64,000 nt of DNA from the human T2T-CHM13v2.0 reference genome, Homo sapiens. Positions 63,803-64,000 of this stretch are shown one piece after another (the first letter of the stretch is position 1; every line of letters starts with the position of its first letter). The position numbers and the translations under genes were made by a program. The stretch lies in NCBI RefSeq assembly GCF_009914755.1, contig NC_060933.1; one strand, 5' to 3'. The notes under the pieces were generated by a model. The model saw only the letters and a list, made by a program, of their open reading frames with translations, ran no database searches and had not been told where the DNA came from.

Positions 63803-64000
63803 AGCTGGGCGTGGTGGCTCACGCCTGTAATCCCAGCACTTTGGGAGGCCAAGGCAGGTGGATCACCTGAGGTCAGGAGTTTGAGACCAGCCTGATCAAC
63901 GTGGAGAAATCCCGTCTCTACTAAAAATACAAAAATTATCCGGGTATGGTGGCACTTGCCTATAGTCCCAGCTACTTGGGAGGCTAAGGCAGGAGAATGG
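63803..64000 (+). mobile_element. Alu, cut off by the window end
   Basis: Left arm, linker and part of the right arm. Confidence 0.9.

Overview
Hominoid (most likely human) nuclear DNA, mostly interspersed repeats. I found no intact protein-coding gene, RNA gene or CRISPR array, and nearly every ORF in the track derives from Alu, L1, SVA or LTR sequence. Bases 1-13.4 kb are the 3' part of an old ERV1 element (MER57-type internal region plus LTR). It hosts L1 fragments, Alus, two MST LTRs, a THE1 LTR and a doubly deleted HERV-K(HML-5)/LTR22 provirus (5658-10847, minus strand). That provirus has a 6-bp TSD CTAACC, a tRNA-Met PBS and an AluY inside pol. The rest holds about 45 Alus, many solo LTRs (MER61 with a p53-type site, THE1, MER31, MER34, LTR8B, MER41A, MER51A, MST, MER84), an SVA_A, DNA-transposon relics and a 79-bp AT-rich palindrome with perfect 37-bp arms. 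There is also one small CpG-island promoter candidate at about 53.3-53.7 kb, whose gene I cannot name. Repeat subfamily names come from recalled consensus sequences, not from a database search. I see no evidence for a wholly new biological system. The best leads are regulatory (p53 site, orphan promoter) and structural (palindrome, twin LTR insertions, deleted provirus).
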